Shown piece after piece: positions 1 through 10,362 of a DNA stretch of 64,000 nucleotides; within the stretch, counting starts at the first letter, position 1, and each line of letters starts with the position of its first letter. This DNA comes from an uncultured archaeon (lineage in GTDB: Archaea; Asgardarchaeota; Thorarchaeia; Thorarchaeales; Thorarchaeaceae). Under the pieces are notes generated by a model. It was not told the DNA's origin and did not search any database. It saw nothing but the letters and a program-made list of their open reading frames with translations. A program made the position numbers and the translations under genes. Location of the stretch: positions 32,001 through 96,000 of the forward strand of contig CAZSWP010000002.1 of assembly GCA_964610875.1 (NCBI GenBank). The letters are read 5' to 3'.

Positions 1-24
1 TATCAAACTGCGAGGTGGAGATGC

Positions 25-1002
25 TTGATTCGTAATAGTGTGGTGGAGCAACTTGAACTAATGGGAGTCACACTAACAGATAGTGAATTCCAAATCATTC
101 AAGCAATGATTGACCTAGGTTTTCAAGGTCAAAGAGAAGTGACGTATTCCGGGATTAGAAAATACTTGGAGAAACAATTCAAAGATGTGCCCAGCAAACA
201 ATGGTTATACAAATGCCTCAACAACTTAGTTGAGGCAGACTTCATTGAGATTGAGCCTATACCTAGACCTGCAAAATATAGAACTTCAGTAGATAAGATA
301 ATGGAGGGACTGGATAAAGCTCGTTTGCTTAGGACTCGCGAGATAGAACAGGAGATTGAAGCACTTGAAAAAGAAATTGCTGCTGTGAGAGATGTAAGCC
401 TCCACCAGTTAAGTAGATATATTCAGGAGGAACTAGGCGGAAAAGAAACACAGACCTTAGTCACAGTTGTAGAGGGAGTTAGCAACGTCAGGAAGTCATT
501 CATATCAGAATTATGTACGGATATAAAGGATGAGTCAGTTCTAAGCATATCAAACAATGTGCCCTTGATCGACATAGAGAATATAGAAACTGGAACGATT
601 GAGAGTGAGTTGTTAGAAGCAGCGAAACAAGGACTAACAATTAGAATTCTTTCATCCGTTGACAGATTAAAGATAATGGGACAATCAGAAGAAACTATGA
701 ATTTCATCCGAAAAAATCTGAAGGTTGTTCTTACTCTCATGGAAAAAGGCCGTGTTGCCTTAAGGCAAACACATCTACAGCAATCAACATACAGAGTGGC
801 TTGCTTTAAAGACGGATACGATCCAGACTTAGATAGAATAATGCTCTTTTTGACAGATAACCCCGGGCCTGATACTGTAGCAATAATATATCGGAAAAAG
901 AATCCCAAACTAATAGAGAATGCATTCGCATCCTTCGAGAAGGCATGGGAAGAATCTCAGGATATAAGTAATCTTGTAAAGAAGATGTGCGAAGACCTTT
1001 AG
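25..1002 (+). CDS. TrmB-like winged-HTH transcriptional regulator with coiled coil and C-terminal PLD-like/effector domain
   Basis: N-terminal wHTH pattern (VTYSGIR...SKQWLYKCLNNLVEADFIE...PAKYR), a coiled coil, and a C-terminal ...FEKAWEES motif typical of TrmB-type regulators; GAGGTGG SD before the TTG start. Confidence 0.6.
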   Translation: MIRNSVVEQLELMGVTLTDSEFQIIQAMIDLGFQGQREVTYSGIRKYLEKQFKDVPSKQWLYKCLNNLVEADFIEIEPIPRPAKYRTSVDKIMEGLDKARLLRTREIEQEIEALEKEIAAVRDVSLHQLSRYIQEELGGKETQTLVTVVEGVSNVRKSFISELCTDIKDESVLSISNNVPLIDIENIETGTIESELLEAAKQGLTIRILSSVDRLKIMGQSEETMNFIRKNLKVVLTLMEKGRVALRQTHLQQSTYRVACFKDGYDPDLDRIMLFLTDNPGPDTVAIIYRKKNPKLIENAFASFEKAWEESQDISNLVKKMCEDL

Positions 1003-2108
1003 ATGACCCAGTCTTTGGTCTTTGATAGTGTCAAGAGAATATCATCACATGTCGCTTGAAAGTCATCATAAAGTCCATACTCTCCACCCGCTGCATATGG
1101 ATGACCACCGCCATTGAAAAGCTTTGCAGCCTCATTACATAGAGCTGATTCATTACCACGCCTAAACCCGAGCATCCCCCCTTGGCCAACTGTTATCAGT
1201 AAATCTGCAACTTTAAGTGAGGTGCCATCGATTACGAGATTCTTGGGGTCTGCAAAAAAGGTTCCAATATCCGTAGTAGTGACACCACCAGGCATTTCCA
1301 CAATACGAACAAGTCTATCGTGTATTATCGAATCACAATGACCTGCAAGAGCTTTGCGCATTTTTCTGTTCTTTTCTTTCTGATAAGCTTCAACTTTTTG
1401 GTGTAACATTGTGTTCTTTAATCTTGCAGAGGACTCATCCCAAACACCAGAAATGCCTTCTTCAGCTAGAGGTTTCATGAGTTGCATAAGACTATCTGTA
1501 ATGTCTTCGCGTTTGTCAAGAGCTCGAAATCTTATGACAGATAAAGCATCAGTCAGTGCATTTGCACTGGGAATCTCTCTAAGATTGAAATCCGTATCAT
1601 GAGCAATTCGAGCAAGTTCCTCACTGATCCCATCACGTGGCATGAGCACTTTGTGCGCAATTTCAGCTGCACAAAAGTCATGATTCACTCTTAGAACGGG
1701 ATTATTACCAAGAGATTTAACAGCTCTGACAGCTCGTTTAGACCATTGGTGATGATCGAGCCAGACAACTCTACACCCCTGTGAAACTGCACGTGAAAGA
1801 TTATCGATCACCCTGTCTAGAACTGTCAAATCCATTCCAAGGTCAGTAATAATGATGAGGGTTGAACGAAGAACTCCAACCTTTGAAAAGACTTGTTCAA
1901 AAGAACCATAATCCGTAAGAATGACGCGATAATCTAGTCCTTTTGTCTTCGCATATCTCCAAACAATAGCAGCTGAGTTTAATCCATCAACATCTTTGTC
2001 GTGTGATATGGAAAAGACTGTATCAATCTTTTTCATCTTTTTATCAGTCTTCGAACTCATCTTCTCGTCGTATATCGGATAGATGCAACCCTTTTCATTT
2101 TTACTCAT
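999..2108 (-). CDS. DHH/DHHA1 family phosphoesterase
   Basis: HDKDVDG, ITDLG, WLDHH and C-terminal GGGHPYAAG motifs; true start may be ~2060. Confidence 0.85.
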   Translation of the reverse strand: MSKNEKGCIYPIYDEKMSSKTDKKMKKIDTVFSISHDKDVDGLNSAAIVWRYAKTKGLDYRVILTDYGSFEQVFSKVGVLRSTLIIITDLGMDLTVLDRVIDNLSRAVSQGCRVVWLDHHQWSKRAVRAVKSLGNNPVLRVNHDFCAAEIAHKVLMPRDGISEELARIAHDTDFNLREIPSANALTDALSVIRFRALDKREDITDSLMQLMKPLAEEGISGVWDESSARLKNTMLHQKVEAYQKEKNRKMRKALAGHCDSIIHDRLVRIVEMPGGVTTTDIGTFFADPKNLVIDGTSLKVADLLITVGQGGMLGFRRGNESALCNEAAKLFNGGGHPYAAGGEYGLYDDFQATCDDILLTLSKTKDWVI

Positions 2109-2167
2109 ATGACATGACTCGAAAGGGTTTTCATGTACAAGTAATGCTTAGAAAGTGGATGGTCTGA

Positions 2168-4033
2168 ATGAAAAGGCGAGTTCTTAGCGGGAATGAAGCA
2201 TTTGTCAGAGGTGCGCTCGAAGCAGGGATTGGATTCTGTGCTTCATACCCTGGCACACCTGCAACAGAGATTGCAGCAAATCTCATGGCTGTATCAAAGG
2301 AACATCAGCTATATGTTGAATGGAGTGTGAATGAGAAAGTCGCATTGGAAGCATGCGCTGGTGCAAGCTGGATGGGCGTGCCTGCATTATGTTCGATGAA
2401 ATCACTAGGTCTGAATGTTGCAGCTGATTTCTTACTGAACCTGAACCTGTCAGGAAGTGGTCCAGGAGGGTTGATTCTAATTGTGAGTGATGATCCCCAT
2501 GGACATAGTTCTAGCAATGAACAGGACTCAAGATTCTATGCTAGGGAATCATATCTTCCACTTCTAGAACCATCAGATTTCCAGATGGCAAAGGATATCA
2601 TTCCAATAGCCCTTGAAACCTCACGAAAACATGAGATACCTGTTATAATCAGAAGCACAACTCGATTGAGTCATTCCCGTGGTCTTGTCGAGCTAGGACA
2701 GATTCCAGAGAGGTTTTGGAGTCTTTCCAAGGAATTCCCTGACAATCTGTTCAATATACCTGCACCACATTTGAAGCACAAAGACCTCCTTGATAAACTA
2801 GAGGTGGTTCAAGATCAGTTCATGCATCTGGAACATAATACTCTTCCAGAGAAAAATAAAGATGGACTACTTGTATTGACCACAGGTATTTGTAGTTCAT
2901 ATAGCCGTGAAGCTTTAGATATTATAGGATTTGACAAGAGATTCAATTTTGACCTAATTACAACCAACCCAATCCCAAAACAACTAGTGTCCAAGATGTT
3001 TCAGGATTTTGAAAAAATATTAGTTGTAGAAGAAGTTGACCCATTTGTAGAAGATATCTTACGAGTAATGGCATCACTTTCAGATCAAACTCCCAAAATT
3101 TATGGGAAAAGGACTGGTCACATCCCATCCTATGGGGAATTGAATACGGATATTGTTATCGATGCCCTATCAAAAATTGCTCATGTACAGTATGAGCAAC
3201 GCTCTCACAAACTGCGAAACCCTATAGAATCTGCATCAGATTTACTTGTAGCAAGACCTCTTGCTTTCTGTCCTGGATGTACTCACCGAAATTTCTACTG
3301 GGCTATTCAAAAAGTAAGAAGACGTCTTGGCGGCAAGTTGATAGTTTCTGGAGATATTGGATGTTACTCACTTGGCATATTCTATAACAGGTCAATGAAT
3401 TCAATGCATGCTATGGGCTCAGGGATTGGAGCTGCGAACGGGCTTGGACAGCTACATCGCTGGGGGCAGGATTCAAAAATTGTTGCAGTGGCAGGAGATT
3501 CCACATTCTTTCATGGGTGCTTGCCAGGACTAGTCAATGCCAGACATCACAATACAGACCTGACATTTGTCATATTGGATAACAGAACAACTGCAATGAC
3601 CGGGTTTCAGCCGCATCCAGGTTCATATACTGAAGAAGAAACGAAGAAGGATGTGAGCATAGAAAAGATGGTTGCTGCGGTCGAGCCGGATTTTTTGGAT
3701 CGCATCGACAGTGAAGATATTGACACCCTGATAGATAGATTACATAGTACGGTGAATAAGAAAGGACTCAAAGTGTTAATTGTGGAAAGCGTATGCAGAC
3801 TTGAGGAGAAAAAGAGAACAAAAGGACGGCAAAACTACTCTGTGGTAGAGATTGATTATTCAAAGTGCCTAGGAGAAGATTGCAGAATCTGTGTCCGTGA
3901 TTTTGGATGTACTGCAATGAGCTGGAACAATACAAAACAAGTACCAGAGATAGTAGAGGACATGTGCATAAGATGTGGTTCTTGTATTCCAATCTGCCCT
4001 CATGGTGCAATTGGAGGTGTTGAGAATGACTGA
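2168..4033 (+). CDS. iorA: Indolepyruvate:ferredoxin oxidoreductase alpha subunit
   Basis: SGNEA, YPGTP, WSVNEKVALE, NEQDSR, FCPGCTHR, GDIGCY, GDSTFFH, LDNRTTAMTG, and C-terminal ferredoxin Cys motifs. Confidence 0.93.
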   Translation: MKRRVLSGNEAFVRGALEAGIGFCASYPGTPATEIAANLMAVSKEHQLYVEWSVNEKVALEACAGASWMGVPALCSMKSLGLNVAADFLLNLNLSGSGPGGLILIVSDDPHGHSSSNEQDSRFYARESYLPLLEPSDFQMAKDIIPIALETSRKHEIPVIIRSTTRLSHSRGLVELGQIPERFWSLSKEFPDNLFNIPAPHLKHKDLLDKLEVVQDQFMHLEHNTLPEKNKDGLLVLTTGICSSYSREALDIIGFDKRFNFDLITTNPIPKQLVSKMFQDFEKILVVEEVDPFVEDILRVMASLSDQTPKIYGKRTGHIPSYGELNTDIVIDALSKIAHVQYEQRSHKLRNPIESASDLLVARPLAFCPGCTHRNFYWAIQKVRRRLGGKLIVSGDIGCYSLGIFYNRSMNSMHAMGSGIGAANGLGQLHRWGQDSKIVAVAGDSTFFHGCLPGLVNARHHNTDLTFVILDNRTTAMTGFQPHPGSYTEEETKKDVSIEKMVAAVEPDFLDRIDSEDIDTLIDRLHSTVNKKGLKVLIVESVCRLEEKKRTKGRQNYSVVEIDYSKCLGEDCRICVRDFGCTAMSWNNTKQVPEIVEDMCIRCGSCIPICPHGAIGGVEND

Positions 4034-4619
4034 TACATTTAGTATTCTCGTTGCAGGAGTTGGGGGACAAGGTAACCTAGTTGTCGGTCAAGTGTTATCA
4101 GAAGCAGCAGCTACACAGGGATTGCAGCCAGTTGTAGGACAGACATTCGGGGCATCTCGTAGAGGGGGTACGGTATTCACGCACATAAGAATTGCAGACT
4201 ATGTTGTAGGCCCCATGATACCAGTAGGTCACGTTGATTGTGTGATTGGCCTAGAACCGTTAGAAACACTACGAGCAGTCGTTCAATATTGTGGAAAAGA
4301 AACAACTGTAATTATGAGTACTAAGAAGGTAGAAACTATCCTGACCATGGCAGGGGCAGACACCTATCCTGAAATCTCAGCGATATCCAAAAATATAGAG
4401 ATGCTATGCAATAGATTGCTATTACCTGATATCAGTAAACTTGATGATATCTCTGGAGCAAGTAGAATGTTGAACACCTTCATGCTAGGAGTCTTTGCAG
4501 GACTAGAGTTAGGGCATTTTTCAGTCAATTCGATTAGACAAGGAATTATATCAGTTCTGGGAGCTGATGAAACCAATTCAGCAGCATTCAATGCAGGAGT
4601 AGATAGAGTAAGGGATTAG
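4026..4619 (+). CDS. iorB: Indolepyruvate:ferredoxin oxidoreductase beta subunit
   Basis: GVGGQG, GASRRGGTV, LEPLETLR; ATG at 4026 with a GGAGGTG SD, overlapping the iorA end. Confidence 0.9.
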   Translation: MTDTFSILVAGVGGQGNLVVGQVLSEAAATQGLQPVVGQTFGASRRGGTVFTHIRIADYVVGPMIPVGHVDCVIGLEPLETLRAVVQYCGKETTVIMSTKKVETILTMAGADTYPEISAISKNIEMLCNRLLLPDISKLDDISGASRMLNTFMLGVFAGLELGHFSVNSIRQGIISVLGADETNSAAFNAGVDRVRD

Positions 4620-4626
4620 GTTCTTT

Positions 4627-6996
4627 TCACTGGTTCCCCTTTTTCTTGGCTTCGGCTGCTGCCCGAGCATCTCTCCACATCAGGTCGGAAAGAACTGTGA
4701 ACATGTCAGTAACACCTTCACCAGTTTTAGCAGATGATTCCATGTACAGAAATCCATTCTTTTCAGCCCAATCCAATGCTTCTTCAGCTGGAACAGCCCT
4801 GTCTGGCAGGTCTATCTTATTGCCAACACAGATCATGGGAACTCGAGTACCAATTGACTCGTCTGCTTCCTGCACCCATTTCTCTAGTTCTGTGAACGAC
4901 CGACGTCGTGTGACGTCAAAGACAAGGATGACTCCTGCTGCACCACTATAGTACATCTTGCGCACTGCTTGGAATCTTGCTTGGCCTGCAACGTCCCACG
5001 CCTGTAGTTTTATCCCGATTGCATATTCGCTCTCAGTCGGACTGATGTATGTGAGCTTGACGGCGAACTGACTCCCAATCGTTGTTTTATAATCCTGTTC
5101 GAATGCACCGGTTGTATAGCGATTCACAAGCGCTGTTTTTCCAACTGCACCTTCACCGATTATCATGACCTTGAACAGGTAACTATAGGAATCTATATCA
5201 TCACCAGGGCGAGTTGGTTTTCTGGGTCGATTTCGGATCTCAGCGACTTTAGTACTCTCAACTGCTTCTCCCTCAGGAGCCACTTCTGGTTCAGGAGTCA
5301 CAACAGTTTCAGTTGTATCCATTGTTTCACTACTCATCATATCTGCTGGGGAATCCACTAACACCGATTCAGGACCTTCTGATGCTTCTCCGAATAATTG
5401 GTCTAGAAGCGCTTCAGCTGCCTTTAGTGACTCTTCACTCCCGCTTGATGTCTTTATTCTTGGAAGCCCAGCTGTCACTTTATCCTCTTCAGGTATTGAC
5501 CCAAAACCAGTATCAGAAACCGCTTCAAATTTGTCTTCTGCTTCTATTACTACAGGTTCAGCGTGCTTTGTAGGTGTAGTATCCCTGAGTGTGACCGGTG
5601 CACTAGCAGCAGGTGCTGCTTCTGCCATGTCTTGGTCGATCAATAGTGCGGTTTCAGGTGTTGTGACTTGTTTTACCTTCCCTTCTTCATCAGTCCACAT
5701 CAAAACTATTGGCCGGATAATCACCGTGCCCTGTGATTGTGGATTGAGATGCATGTCAATGTAAGCTGTTTCATTGGGTTGTATGTCCAGATTGATCTGA
5801 TTAGGTTCCACTTCGAGATTTGCTTTCGGAAACCAATAGACCTTTCCTTTGATGCCAGAGATAGACATGTCAGTGACATTGTAAACAGTGAGGCGACCCT
5901 TTAGTCCATCACCAGATTCAGAGGGTTTCAGTACTTCGAACTTTGGTATTATCTGGTAGAGCCCCTCAATTATTTTCAAAGGGGCATCAGATATACCGAC
6001 CATTACTTCTTTTCTATCATCCCCAGAAGCATCACCCACACTGATGGAGAGAATCTTCTTACCAATGTCAGCTTCGGCAATCTCATTCAATTCAGCCATG
6101 TATAAGTTGTAGAATCTGATTTTATAGTCTGAAGTGGCTACAACCACTTCATCCATGTGATCAGCGTTTAATTCAACAATTCTGACAGAGAGTGCATTTA
6201 CATTATCTAGTTTGGAGAAGAGGTCCAGTTTGCTCTCCTCATTTCGATATATTCTGATAGAGCCATCATGGGTCACTACACCAAGCTCCATCTTTCTGTC
6301 ACCTAGAATATCACCTGCAGCGATTGAAATCACTGGACTTGGTAGATTGAGCAGCTCGATCTGTTGCAAGGAACTGTTAGTCATTTTGAAAACACGTAAT
6401 GTCTTATCACGATTTCCAGTGACGATCTCATCGATTTCGTCACCAATCACATCACAAGTGCCGATTGCAATTGGCATGTCCTCAAGGATGTGTTTAGCAT
6501 ACTCCCTCAGGTTATTGTCCGGGTCCATTTTGAAAACCCGCAGCGAAGAGTCGCTACCTCCAATCATGATTTCATTCTTTCCGTCTCCAGTGACATCAGT
6601 GACAACTACAGTAGTAATGAATCGGTCTACAGGATACTCTGCAAGAAGTTCCAAGCTCCCACTTGGAGAATAGCGATACACAAGAAGTGTGCCTGCCTCA
6701 CCTACAATCTCACCGGGTCCAACACTGCGTCCTACGACTATCTCCATTTGGCCATCATTATTTGCATCAGCAATCTTGATTGAGAGAATTGCCCCACTCA
6801 CATCTTGTTGAGCCAGAAGACGGATTTCACTCTGGTTAGCATCGTAGAGTCGTATCACACCATCACGACCTCCAGTGCACAATTCTGTCAAAGATGAACC
6901 TGTAACATCACCTACTGCAATGGCGCTGGTGCTCAACTCATCATCGATTTCAAATAACACGCGGGGATTTCTCAATTTATGCAGCTCCCTAATCAA
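4627..6996 (-). CDS. Fusion of FG-GAP/VCBS beta-propeller, Ig-like appendage domain, acidic linker and Rab-like small GTPase
   Basis: About 7 blades of type GDVTGDGKNEI; a beta-sandwich (LTVYNVTD...IQPNET...WTDEEG); GTPase motifs GEGAVGKT, TTIGSQF, WDVAGQ, YYSGA, GNKID, ESSAK. Confidence 0.85.
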   Translation of the reverse strand: MIRELHKLRNPRVLFEIDDELSTSAIAVGDVTGSSLTELCTGGRDGVIRLYDANQSEIRLLAQQDVSGAILSIKIADANNDGQMEIVVGRSVGPGEIVGEAGTLLVYRYSPSGSLELLAEYPVDRFITTVVVTDVTGDGKNEIMIGGSDSSLRVFKMDPDNNLREYAKHILEDMPIAIGTCDVIGDEIDEIVTGNRDKTLRVFKMTNSSLQQIELLNLPSPVISIAAGDILGDRKMELGVVTHDGSIRIYRNEESKLDLFSKLDNVNALSVRIVELNADHMDEVVVATSDYKIRFYNLYMAELNEIAEADIGKKILSISVGDASGDDRKEVMVGISDAPLKIIEGLYQIIPKFEVLKPSESGDGLKGRLTVYNVTDMSISGIKGKVYWFPKANLEVEPNQINLDIQPNETAYIDMHLNPQSQGTVIIRPIVLMWTDEEGKVKQVTTPETALLIDQDMAEAAPAASAPVTLRDTTPTKHAEPVVIEAEDKFEAVSDTGFGSIPEEDKVTAGLPRIKTSSGSEESLKAAEALLDQLFGEASEGPESVLVDSPADMMSSETMDTTETVVTPEPEVAPEGEAVESTKVAEIRNRPRKPTRPGDDIDSYSYLFKVMIIGEGAVGKTALVNRYTTGAFEQDYKTTIGSQFAVKLTYISPTESEYAIGIKLQAWDVAGQARFQAVRKMYYSGAAGVILVFDVTRRRSFTELEKWVQEADESIGTRVPMICVGNKIDLPDRAVPAEEALDWAEKNGFLYMESSAKTGEGVTDMFTVLSDLMWRDARAAAEAKKKGNQ

Positions 6997-7155
6997 GATG
7001 TGTCAGACTCTATTCGCCTTATAACTTTGAATACCAAGAGTCTCTACACATAACATATTCGAATTAGTGTAGTGCCTTTTTGTACTTTGCTTGTTCAGCT
7101 AAAACAGATAACAGCAATCCGCCAGATTATTAAACCCAAATCAATCTTGATTCAG

Positions 7156-7977
7156 ATGGTGGTTCGCCTGTCGAAGCTCTCCATCAAGAATATCAGTAAA
7201 TCCTTTCCAAATGGACACGGTGGTAGAGTACATGTCCTAGATGACATTTCATTTGATATAGAAGAATGTGAATTTGTATCATTATTGGGACCATCAGGTT
7301 GCGGAAAAACAACACTGCTCAAGATAATTGCAGGACTTATTCCACCAGATGAAGGAAAAGTTGTCTTAGATGGCGACCTACTAAAAACAGGACATAGCCG
7401 TGTTGGCTACATATTCCAACAAGAGAGTCTTTTTCCATGGTTGACTGTGCGCCAGAATGTAGAATTTGGACTTAAAATAAAAGGTAGATCTAGTGAAGAT
7501 ATCAGGAAAATCAGTGATGAAATGATCTCACTAGTAGGGATGTCTGGTCTTGAGGATAATTATCCCTACGAGATATCTGGGGGTCAATCTCGAAAGATTG
7601 AGATGGCAAGAAGTCTGGTGACAAGTCCAGACATTCTGGTTTCGGATGAAGCTCTATCAAACCTGGACGCACAGACGAGAAATTATCTGCAGGAGGAGAT
7701 TTTACGAATCTGGGAAACCACAGGTTCAACTATTCTTTTTGTCACACACAATGTCGATGAAGCTGTATACACAGCGGACAGGATTATTGTACTGAGTAAC
7801 ATGCCTGCAACAATCATCTCTGAGTTCAAAGTAGAGATTCCAAGACCACGGACTAGAACATCTCAAGAGTGTCTTCAGTACAGACATAAGATTCTCGAGA
7901 TTCTACGTGTTGAGCAAGTGAAAGCTCTAAAGCGTATTGAGGGACTTCCAGATTCATCGACTACAGCTGATGTCTAG
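7156..7977 (+). CDS. ABC transporter ATP-binding protein, nitrate/sulfonate/taurine type
   Basis: GPSGCGKT, FQQESLFPWLTV, ISGGQ, DEALSNLD, VTHNVDEA; start uncertain (ATG 7156 or CTG 7168 after GGTGG). Confidence 0.9.
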   Translation: MVVRLSKLSIKNISKSFPNGHGGRVHVLDDISFDIEECEFVSLLGPSGCGKTTLLKIIAGLIPPDEGKVVLDGDLLKTGHSRVGYIFQQESLFPWLTVRQNVEFGLKIKGRSSEDIRKISDEMISLVGMSGLEDNYPYEISGGQSRKIEMARSLVTSPDILVSDEALSNLDAQTRNYLQEEILRIWETTGSTILFVTHNVDEAVYTADRIIVLSNMPATIISEFKVEIPRPRTRTSQECLQYRHKILEILRVEQVKALKRIEGLPDSSTTADV

Positions 7978-8816
7978 ACTGACACGTCCTGTCGCCATTT
8001 CAGTAGGCGTCTTTCTATAAATAAGAACAGATAACTGAGACCGAAACCAATCAAACCAATGACTAGCATCCCACATATCACGGATGCAGTTCGTCCCGAT
8101 AACTGCATTATAAGCACAAGATAACCAAGACCAAGTCCACTACCTATCATCTCAGCGGCAACTAGACACATCCATCCAATTCCAAAAGCAATTCTTAAGC
8201 CAGCAAATATTTCAGGAGATGCACTAGGCACAACTACTTTGGTGATGATGTCAAATTCACTACTGCCAAAGGTTTCAGCTACATCAATGTGCACTGACTC
8301 GGTGCGCTTGACACCAGTAGTGGTATTGATGAGGAGTGGAAAGAATGCTCCAATCCAGATTATATAGATTTGAGAATAGAGCAGTACAGGGGAAAACATC
8401 AGTAAGGCTAGAGGAATCCAAGCGATGGGAGGAATTGGTCTTGTTGCTTCAATCACAGGACCAAGAATATTATCTAGCACTTTGAATCGACCAATAGCAA
8501 TACCCAGAGGAATAGCTGTTACTATTGCTAGTAGAAAACCAAGAAGCACGCGAAACATACTCAAACTGGTATGATAGAACAAACTATAGCCTTCACTATC
8601 GCCTTCTATTGATAGTTCTACAAATGCTATTGCAACATCAATAAGAGAGATTTGACCTTTGCTTGATATGTAAGCTATAACACTCCATATCACCAATAGA
8701 ATCACTATTGGAATCGCTGCCTTTTGTAAAACAATATTGGAACTAAATGAAAACCTATCATCGGGTCGATCGGATTGGTTATCATCTGACCTTGCTACTT
8801 GAGTGTTCATAGTCAC
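7974..8816 (-). CDS. ABC transporter permease, nitrate/sulfonate/taurine type
   Basis: RPIPPIAWIPL, LRIAFGIGWMCLVAAEM, GLGY. Confidence 0.92.
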   Translation of the reverse strand: MTMNTQVARSDDNQSDRPDDRFSFSSNIVLQKAAIPIVILLVIWSVIAYISSKGQISLIDVAIAFVELSIEGDSEGYSLFYHTSLSMFRVLLGFLLAIVTAIPLGIAIGRFKVLDNILGPVIEATRPIPPIAWIPLALLMFSPVLLYSQIYIIWIGAFFPLLINTTTGVKRTESVHIDVAETFGSSEFDIITKVVVPSASPEIFAGLRIAFGIGWMCLVAAEMIGSGLGLGYLVLIMQLSGRTASVICGMLVIGLIGFGLSYLFLFIERRLLKWRQDVSV

Positions 8817-8864
8817 AGAGGAATAGGTTGAGTCCTACTTTTCTTTCTGTCGATTACTCCAGAT

Positions 8865-9845
8865 TCATGTCTCAATATATGTTGTATTGATAAAGTCATC
8901 AAGAAATGATGTCATCTCACTTTTTTCCATCTCAACGATATTCTCATCGATGAGAAAGTTAAGATACAACTCGAGACCCGTTCTATTCACATTGTAGTCA
9001 TAGATGATTCGATTAAACGCATTTTCAACAACAGACTCGTCCATCTCAAGCCAGTCGATAGCAATCTCGATAGCTTCTGTAGGATTGTCAACAATCCATT
9101 CCTCCGCTCTTTTGTGAATTTCTACAATCTTTTGAACAGTTTCGGGGTTATTTGTCAGAAAGTTGTCTGTGGATGCAAGCACACAACATGGATGTCTTGC
9201 CCAAATCTCTCCAGATGTAATCAGTGGGACTGCAGTGTTAGAACCTTCGGCTTTTGCACAGAAAGGTTCCCATGCGATAAAAGCAGGTGCACTCTGCGAG
9301 AGTGAGTCCTGCATATAACTCACCTGAGTTGTTTCGGCGCTGATATCAGTGAAGGACAATCCCGATTGATTAAGGGCTAGCCTGAGGAGGAAAGATTGAA
9401 CGGTAGGAGGACCTGGATAATAAACAGTCTTACCAGAGAGGTCTTCCACAGTCGTTATTCTTCCTGCATCATATTCCTCTTTCAGGACCATTATTGCTGA
9501 ACCTTCAAGATTAACAGCAGCTAGAATAGTTATCTCGGTGCCTTGGTTAATACTCTTTATCATAGCAGGAGCCGCACCCAGGTAGCCCATGTCAATTTGC
9601 CCGGCAAGAAATCCATCCATCTCATATCCCCCATTTTGATATTGAGTGAGCTCGACCACTAATCCCTCTTCTTCAAACCAACCTTTCTCAACGGCAACAC
9701 GCAAAGCTAGTTGATGTAGGTCTTGGGAAAGATAACCAATTCTGACATCGGGCACAGTTATTGGATACCATAACGCAACCAACGCTACTGATGAAACGAT
9801 AACAGCAACCACAATAAGAGCGGCTGCTTGATTCCTCTCGACCAT
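8865..9845 (-). CDS. ABC substrate-binding protein, NMT1/SsuA-like, with N-terminal membrane anchor
   Basis: VRIGYL, GWFEEEGL, GQIDMGYLG, AWEPF, HPCCVL; adjacent to the permease. Confidence 0.88.
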   Translation of the reverse strand: MVERNQAAALIVVAVIVSSVALVALWYPITVPDVRIGYLSQDLHQLALRVAVEKGWFEEEGLVVELTQYQNGGYEMDGFLAGQIDMGYLGAAPAMIKSINQGTEITILAAVNLEGSAIMVLKEEYDAGRITTVEDLSGKTVYYPGPPTVQSFLLRLALNQSGLSFTDISAETTQVSYMQDSLSQSAPAFIAWEPFCAKAEGSNTAVPLITSGEIWARHPCCVLASTDNFLTNNPETVQKIVEIHKRAEEWIVDNPTEAIEIAIDWLEMDESVVENAFNRIIYDYNVNRTGLELYLNFLIDENIVEMEKSEMTSFLDDFINTTYIET

Positions 9846-9954
9846 AAAGAAAGACTCCTCTTCTTTGCCAAGTAGATTTACACATAAAATGATTAGGATT
9901 TGTGCCTTTCAGATATAGTCAAGTTCATAGAGGGGATTGTACTCTAGTAAATAC

Positions 9955-10332
9955 ATGTCCCTCCGCGATAAGATACCACAGAAACTGCTATTGGGTGAAG
10001 CAATAGTAAGCATTGCCTTAGAAGAAGACGTCGGCGTTTATGAAACGGAAGATTATGTTCTGATAGAGATTTCTCATAACGCGGGGCGGCTTAATATTCC
10101 AAAAATAGCTCAAACAGTTAGTGACCTAGTAAAAGCAGATAGAAAAATGGTCGCTGTGCGAGGTTTTGGATTCAAAGGAATTGGTCTTGGAGTAAGAATT
10201 GCTCATGAGATAAAAAAGATGGAGAAGCGATTTCTGTACCATATGACCTTCGACACCTTTGATGCTCAGGACCCTAGTAATAACCAATACCTCACAAGTG
10301 TGCAGATTGTGATCATCCCACCAGAGAAATGA
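9955..10332 (+). CDS. Alba/SpoVS-like small nucleic-acid-binding protein
   Basis: VAVRGFGFKGIGLGVRIAHEIK...LTSVQIVI resembles the Alba pattern (xARGxAIxxAVxxA...xSxIEI). Confidence 0.5.
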   Translation: MSLRDKIPQKLLLGEAIVSIALEEDVGVYETEDYVLIEISHNAGRLNIPKIAQTVSDLVKADRKMVAVRGFGFKGIGLGVRIAHEIKKMEKRFLYHMTFDTFDAQDPSNNQYLTSVQIVIIPPEK

Positions 10333-10362
10333 ACTGATTAAATACAGAACTAGTGAGAGAAC

